Shown here: one piece after another, positions 59,301 to 64,000 of the stretch
Layout: each line of letters opens with the position of its first letter
Numbering within the stretch: the first letter of the stretch is position 1
Assembly (NCBI GenBank): GCA_032718475.1
Contig: JAUCBJ010000162.1
Location: 25,557 to 89,556, forward strand
Length of the DNA: 64,000 bases
From: Nemertoderma westbladi
Taxonomy: Eukaryota; Animalia; Xenacoelomorpha
Reading direction: 5' to 3'
Position numbers and translations under genes: made by a program
The notes under the pieces: generated by a model
What the model was told of the DNA's origin: nothing
Databases searched by the model: none
Seen by the model: only the letters and a program-made list of their open reading frames with translations

Positions 59301-60657
59301 AGGTGAGGTTAGTTCTGATACATAGGAGAGGTTAGTTATGTTAGGTGAGGTTAGTTCTGATACATAGGAGAGGTTAGTTATGTTAGGTGAGGTTAGTTCT
59401 GATACATAGGAGAGGTTAGTTATGTTAGGTGAAGTTAGTTCTATTCTAATACATAGGAGAGGTTAGTTATGTAAGGTGAGGTTAGTTCTGATACATAGGA
59501 GAGGTTAGTTATGTTAGGTGTGGTTAGTTCTAATACATAGGAGAGGTTAGTTATGTTAGGTGAGGTTAGTTCTGATACATATGAGAGGTTAGTTATGTTA
59601 GGTGTGGTTAGTTCTGATACATAGGAGAGGTTAGTTATGTTAGGTGAGGTTAGTTCTGATATATAGGAGAGGTTAGTTATGTTAGGTGAAGTTGGTTCTG
59701 ATACGTAGGAGAGGTTAGTTATGTTAGGAGAGTTTAGTTATGTAAGGTGAGGTTAGTTCTGATACATAGGAGAGGTTAGTTATGTTAGGTGAGGTCAGTT
59801 CTGATACATAGGAGAGGTTAGTTATGTTAGGTGAGGTTAGTTCTGATACATAGGAGAGGTTAGTTATGTTAGGTGAGGTTAGTTCTGATACATAGGAGAG
59901 GTTAGTTATGTTAGGTGAAGTTAGTTCTAATACATAGGAGAGGTTAGTTATGTAAGGTGAGGTTAGTTCTGATACATAGGAGAGGTTAGTTATGTTAGGT
60001 GAGGTTAGTTCTGATACATAGGAGAGGTTAGTTATGTTAGGTGAGGTTAGTTCTGATACATAGGAGAGGTTAGTTATGTAAGGTGAGGTTAGTTCTGATA
60101 CATAGGAGAGGTTAGTTATGTTAGGTGAGGTTAGTTCTGATACATAGGAGAGGTTAGTTATGTTAGGTGTGGTTAGTTCTGATACATAGGAGAGGTTAGT
60201 TATGTTAGGTGAGGTTAGTTCTGATATATAGGAGAGGTTAGTTATGTTAGGTGAGGTTAGTTCTGATACATAGGAGAGGTTAGTTATGTTAGGTGAGGTT
60301 AGTTCTGATACATAGGAGAGGTTAGTTATGTTAGGTGAAGTTAGTTCTAATACATAGGAGAGGTTAGTTATGTAAGGTGAGGTTAGTTCTGATACATAGG
60401 AGAGGTTAGTTATGTTAGGTGAGGTTAGTTCTGATACATAGGAGAGGTTAGTTATGTTAGGTGTGGTTAGTTCTGATACATAGGAGAGGTTAGTTATGTT
60501 AGGTGAGGTTAGTTCTGATATATAGGAGAGGTTAGTTATGTTAGGTGAGGTTAGTTCTGATATATAGGAGAGGTTAGTTATGTTAGGTGAGGTTAGTTCT
60601 GATATATAGGAGAGGTTAGTTATGTTAGGTGAGGTTAGTTCTGATACGTAGGAGAGG
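53391..60657 (+). repeat. Tandem array of the CFAP206 exon-G donor junction (42-bp unit = 19+23, roughly 170 copies)
   Basis: Unit ataggagag|gttagttatgttaggtgaggttagttctgatac. Its first 9 nt are the exon end. Confidence 0.96.
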
Positions 60658-60820
60658 TAGGGACGCAAACTATTTTACTCAACGCATGAATGATTAGTAT
60701 AGAACATTAAACTTTTTTTTTTCATTACAAACTTTATAAAGGAAGATTTTCCTTTATATATTTTCTATCCATAACTTTATATATTATATAATAGTACCGC
60801 TCGTTAACAGTATTTCATCA

Positions 60821-63800
60821 ATGTGTTCTAATCCGAATTTAACCATTATATCCTACAATTCGACCGGTTTTGGGTTGGATAAGATTGATTTGATTGATTC
60901 TCTTGTAAATAGTGCAGATATTGTTTGCTTACAGGAACATTTTCTTTTGGAGTCATGTTGTAATATTAAGCTAAAGCAGTTTTTTCCTGATTGCCATTTC
61001 AGCGCAGTACCAGCCACTTACTTAAATGGTGTGGGCAATAGTAGAGGTAGGCCCAGTGGGGGATTGTGTATTATATGGAAGAAATCAATTATTAAATACG
61101 TATCCGTGGTTACAAACGGTTCTAGTAATTCTAGGCTGCAGGCGATTGAACTAAAAATTAAATTTCCTCAGTCTGAGTCTAGTTTATTGTTGTTAAACTC
61201 GTATTTCCCGGTGGATGAGCGTTTATCTACTTTGGCATCTGATGAGTTACCTTTGTTACTAAATAGTATTGAGTCACTTATTTCTAATTCTAGCTGTGCA
61301 AATGTACTGCTTGGTGGTGATTTAAATTGTGATTTTAGTCGGAACAACATTCATGTAAATCTAATTAGAGAGTTTATTGAATCTAAATTGTTTAACGTGC
61401 TGTGGGATATACAACCGATCGATTATACATATATGTCTCATGCCAATGGTGTTGTTTATAAATCTACGTTAGACCATTTTATTCTTAGCGACCGGTTGTC
61501 TCAGGGAAATTTTGAATCAGATGTAATTCATTTGGGTAATAACCTTTCAGGGCATTCTCCTATTTATTTTAAAATACCTATTAGTGCATTGGACTTGACT
61601 GTGCAAAACACATCGAAGCCAATTCGATTTAATTTTGGTAGAGCTTCTGATGAGCAACGGTCTCAATTTAGTAATGATTTAAATTTATTGTTAGAAAACT
61701 GCAATTTACCGTATGGAATAGTAAATTGTACTGATATTAATTGTAGTTTACCTGAACATCGTATGGGTTTAGAAAAATTCGCTTTGGATATATTGGACGC
61801 GGTTGACTCAGCAGCACACTGCCTCCCTAAGTCAGGGGGTCCGGAAAGTGAGACCCCAATAAGAACTGAAATTATCCCTGGATGGAATAGTCAAGTTAAG
61901 CCCTTTAAAGATGAAGCCATATTTTGGCACTCAGTGTGGTGTGCTGCGGGGAGACCAAATTCCTCACAAAGTAACCTATTTTTCATGAGACAGAGTAGCC
62001 GGGCTCAATATAAATATGCAGTACGACGTGTTAAACGTAATATTGATACATTGAAAAGAGATAGGCTATTAAATGCGTCCCTTTCTGGTAATATAAATAT
62101 TTTTGATGAGATTAGAAAATTACGAGGTTCATCTGTCGTGCAAAGTACTTCAATCGAAGGTTTAACGGATTCACAGGAAATTGCTAATAAATTTGCTGAT
62201 ATTTATAAAGTATTATATAACCAAGAGCCTAATTCAGGTAGTGTCAATGATATAAATAGTAAATTAAATGAGTGTATAGCAAATTTTAATATTGATAGTT
62301 TTGAGCCAGTTACCATGGAAACCATACACACTGCTTTGCAGCATTTAAAGAGTGGTAAAAGTGACGTTATATATGGATTTGATTCAGGCTGTTTGATTTA
62401 TGGCGGACCTGCATTAGAAACATTAATAGCAAAACTGTTCAATGCTTTTCTGGTACACGGTGTTATTTCGAAATGTTTATTGTCAATATCCATGGTACCT
62501 ATTGCGAAAAACAATTTAGGAGATATTACAGCTATTACTAATTATAGGGCCATCGCAATAGCGTCATTGTTACTTAAAGTATTTGAGTGGGTGCTGCTGA
62601 TATCTGAGGGAGAAAAACTGGATTTAGACCACTTGCAGTTTGGTTTCCGTGAGAAATCGAGCACAGTAATGTGCTCGTGGACAGCAACGGAGGTCATTAA
62701 TTACTATATGCGAAAGTCAACACCAGTCTATGGTTGCTTGTTGGACTTCACCAAAGCTTTTGATTTGGTTGAATGGAGAAAGCTTTTCCTTGAGCTGATC
62801 AAAAAAGGTTTTTCTCCCTTATATCTTAGGTGTTTGTTGTTTATTTATAGAACACAAATGTGTGCAGTGAGATGGAATAACGTTTTGTCATTTGATTTTT
62901 CTATTACTAATGGAGTTAGGCAAGGGTCGGTTATTTCACCGGTCCTGTTCTGTGTTGTTTTAAATGTGCTGATTTCACGGCTCAGACAGGCAAAAATAGG
63001 TTGTTATATTGGTGCTCAGTTTTATGGTTGTCCGTCCTTTGCGGACGATATGTTTCTATTGTGCCCGTCCGTAATTGGCCTACAATACATGATTAATATT
63101 TGCAAAGATTTTTGTAAAGAGTATAAATTACAGATTAGTACTGATATTGATCCGAAAAAAAGTAAAACTAAATGTATCCCGTTCCAGAACACATGGAAGC
63201 CGCCTAGTGTGAATATTTCAGTAAATAACGTTACACTACCATGGGTTGAGAAAGGGCTACATTTAGGAATTCTGCTTAATTTTACGTGTAGTGTCAATAT
63301 AGATATACATAATATATAGAGAGGTGCATTTATAGGAAAATTGGCAAATTTAAGGCAGGAATTTTCATTCGCTCACCCGCGGTGCTTGTCTAACATTCAA
63401 CGTATTTATGCGACAAGTTTTTATGGAAGCCCAGTTTGGGATTTGGCTTCTGATGAATGCCGTAGAATATACACCGCTTGGAATACGAATGTGCGCTACA
63501 TTTATCATCTGCCGTATAACAGCCATAGGTTCATAGTAGAAGATATTGTTAATTTTCCACACCCTAAGGTTATGCTCAGTAAACGTTTAGTTAAATTTGC
63601 AACTAGTGTTTTGACTTCTGATAAATTGTGTATAAGATTTCTGGCAAATTTAGTATTTTATGATTGTAGATGTAGAAGTGGTGCGAACTTGCGTAACATA
63701 GGGAATGAGTGTGGTATAAATGATCTACGTAAAATATCAGTAGGTGACCTTTCTAATTTACGATATGTGCCTTCTCCACCTGATAGTTACTGGCGAGTTA

Positions 63801-63904
63801 AATTGTGTACAGAAATTATTGATTGCTATTTCGATGAGACTACAGTACCAGATTTCTCATCTGAAGAACTAATTGAAATTTTGAAATATGTATCCTCGTT
63901 CTAG
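60821..63904 (+). mobile_element. Non-LTR retrotransposon ORF2 (APE endonuclease + RT) with one in-frame TAG at 63317-63319; clade unresolved
   Basis: Endonuclease motifs SYNSTG, CLQEH, GRPSGG, GDLN, LDHF, SGHSP. RT motifs NYRAIA, QFGFR, LDFTKAFD, GVRQG, FADD, HLG. ORFs 60821 and 63341 are in the same frame. No ORF1 visible upstream. Confidence 0.9.
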
Positions 63905-64000
63905 ATATTTTCTAGTGTCTCAATACTTATTTGTGTTTTTCCTTGTTTTTTTTTTGTGCTACTTACATATTAGTTAATTACTTAAATTTACTTTACATTA

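Noticed and set aside
53400-60657. Telomeric TTAGG-like repeats
   Set aside because: TTAGG occurs only embedded in a 42-bp unit derived from the splice donor, not as tandem telomere repeats.
59724-60668. 314-aa repetitive - strand ORF (SYVSELTSPNITNL)n
   Set aside because: Translation of the 42-bp satellite; no evidence for a gene.

Overview
Eukaryotic (metazoan, AT-rich, probably invertebrate) genomic DNA. The backbone is a + strand CFAP206 gene (ciliary radial-spoke-associated protein): seven internal exons with phase-compatible GT-AG junctions at 2738-2946, 3761-3883, 4562-4727, 18932-19048, 26101-26332, 30116-30302 and 53270-53399; its first and last exons lie outside the window. Its introns hold intron-poor nested genes: the 5' part of MPP10 (-), a two-exon MTM1/MTMR2-type myotubularin (+, same strand), an intronless MOGAT/DGAT2 (-) and a C2H2/Tudor-like ORF (-). 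Four large tandem arrays (31-38, 63, 50 and 42 bp units; about 22 kb in total) each repeat the real exon-intron junction next to them, producing tens to hundreds of decoy splice sites. A young 14.2-kb BEL/Pao LTR retrotransposon (541-bp LTRs, GTTCC TSD) sits in the 50-bp array. It lacks a canonical TGG primer-binding site and carries a 20-copy hairpin array plus an extra 844-aa ORF resembling a WRN/RNase D-type DEDDy 3'-5' exonuclease fused to three CCHC knuckles. Also present: RTE-like LINE relics, a near-intact APE+RT LINE ORF, non-autonomous DNA transposons (CMC/EnSpm-like and hAT-like) and a tRNA-derived SINE head. Gene identities come from recalled motif and protein similarity, not database searches, and copy numbers are estimates.
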